A stretch of DNA of 64,000 nucleotides from Catajapyx aquilonaris (taxonomy: Eukaryota). Position numbers and translations under genes: made by a program. Under the pieces are notes generated by a model, which made no database searches, was not told the origin of the DNA, and saw only the letters and a program-made list of their open reading frames with translations. The stretch lies in the NCBI GenBank assembly GCA_000934665.2, contig KZ537968.1, forward strand, positions 62,001 through 126,000, in the 5' to 3' direction. Positions 62,601 to 64,000 of the stretch are shown here, in pieces. Within the stretch, counting starts at the first letter, position 1. Every line of letters begins with the position of its first letter.

Positions 62601-64000
62601 TGATTGCAAGGCCGGTGGAAACATAATTGAATCACTTTTCTCGGTTACCATCTCGAGGGGCAATATACCCTGCCACTGGGAGTTTCATAATGATGCAAAC
62701 TTGGAGGAACTGGCCATCATGTAGGAACGTCATTTGGGTTCCGAAACACCCTGCAACTCACGATGAATATGTGCATGTGGTGCGTGCGTAAGATGTAATC
62801 GCAATCTGCCCCCGAGAGTGAGAACTGTATTATTGCAGTGTCACTGTACAAATGAAATGGGTATGTCGCTGCTGAATGATGGGTGGATGCTGCGGTTTGC
62901 GAGCGTGCTTTTGCGGTATAATGGCACGCCTTGTATGGGGCATATTCATGGTATCACGGTCGGACACAATTCGCGTAAATGTGGGGCAGGCTGAGATGTT
63001 TACAGTGATGTAAGGGCGACCGTGGGGATCAGAAAATTTGTTGAAAGTAACTACTTATTTTGTAGAAATGACCGTCGACGCTGCAGGAGGTTCGTAATGG
63101 GCAGAATTAAAGCAGTGACATAGTGCTTATCATAAAACTTATCATGTCATCGAATTTAAGGTTGCAAATGTTTCATTTGTATATGGTGATATCATCTGAA
63201 ATATACAGAAAAATATTATTGTGCCAAATTGGTGCAGCTACAATAACACCCATTTTCACGTGCATGTAGGCTATATGAAAAGCAAAGATCAATTGCTTGT
63301 TTTGCAGATATTTGTGCAAAATGGAATTATGATTACGGATTAAGTCCAAAGTCCATCCCCATTCAGTGTAAAATTAATATTGTAAACTATCTAATCAATT
63401 TACGTGTTGAATTTTAAATTTGAGTCAAGCATACAAAATATCATTGATCTCATCAAACCAATATTTTTCTCTCTCTCGTCTCCTGTTAAATTTTTATTTG
63501 TTACATGCAATTCTAGTAAAATGGCCATCACATCATATTATAGCAGCGTAAATGGCTTGCATGGCATTGCATGATAAGGTAAATATCCTGAGCATGACGA
63601 CAATATTTTCGTATGACGCGTTTCAATACCGGTACATGATGTTCACATATAACTGACAAAGTGCACGTCGTGACTTAAGCAACGCAGATTTCGTCACTAT
63701 AGCCCTTGAACAATCTCGACTGTCGGAAATGCTGATTAATAATTCCACGACGCATCGTTTTAAATGCCACTTGCAATACAGCATAGATTTTTGTTGGTCT
63801 CCAACCAGATCTTTTCTTCCTCTGTTTTTGTTTTAGAGCGACTCTCACTCTCTCACTCCATATGTAGAAGTTACTGCGCCTATAAATTCACCCAAACCGT
63901 TAATCACCAAGGGCAAACGACCCAAGTCACATACTGTTACAGTCCATGGCGCATGCAACCCACGTGTCCCTCTACATCCTCGCAACATAAGCACTCCTGG

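Noticed and set aside
53000..64000. Numerous 60-130 aa ORFs in the right-hand region
   Set aside because: No recognisable domains, no consistent chain of splice sites, and lengths are compatible with chance.

Overview
Eukaryotic, intron-containing genomic DNA, most likely from an arthropod: the Duox is very close to the Drosophila-type protein, and an ABCH transporter and a divergent ionotropic receptor are present. Four protein-coding genes can be rebuilt by hand with GT-AG introns and consistent phases. (1) Dual oxidase (Duox), + strand, 17 coding exons from 6932 to 34581 (~1470 aa; the signal-peptide exon is not securely located). (2) An ABCH-type half-transporter, - strand, 9 exons, 42797-38662 (705 aa). 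(3) A BTB-BACK protein with a PHR-like C-terminus, + strand, 6 exons, 44553-47813 (496 aa). Unexpectedly it starts with a clean signal peptide and carries 10 N-glycosylation sequons. (4) A divergent ionotropic receptor (IR/iGluR-like), - strand, 2 exons, 52418-50204 (670 aa). Non-coding features: three different tRNA-derived SINEs (two with intact target-site duplications, one with a V-domain-like core), a TA-flanked MITE, a near-perfect hairpin with 41-bp arms, six inverted CCAAT boxes phased at ~30 bp inside a Duox intron, a possible very compact bidirectional promoter shared by the ABCH and BTB genes, and microsatellites. Bases 53000-64000 contain no gene I can recognise. The best novelty candidate is the apparently secreted BTB-BACK-PHR protein. 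All gene models are manual and have not been checked against transcripts or databases.
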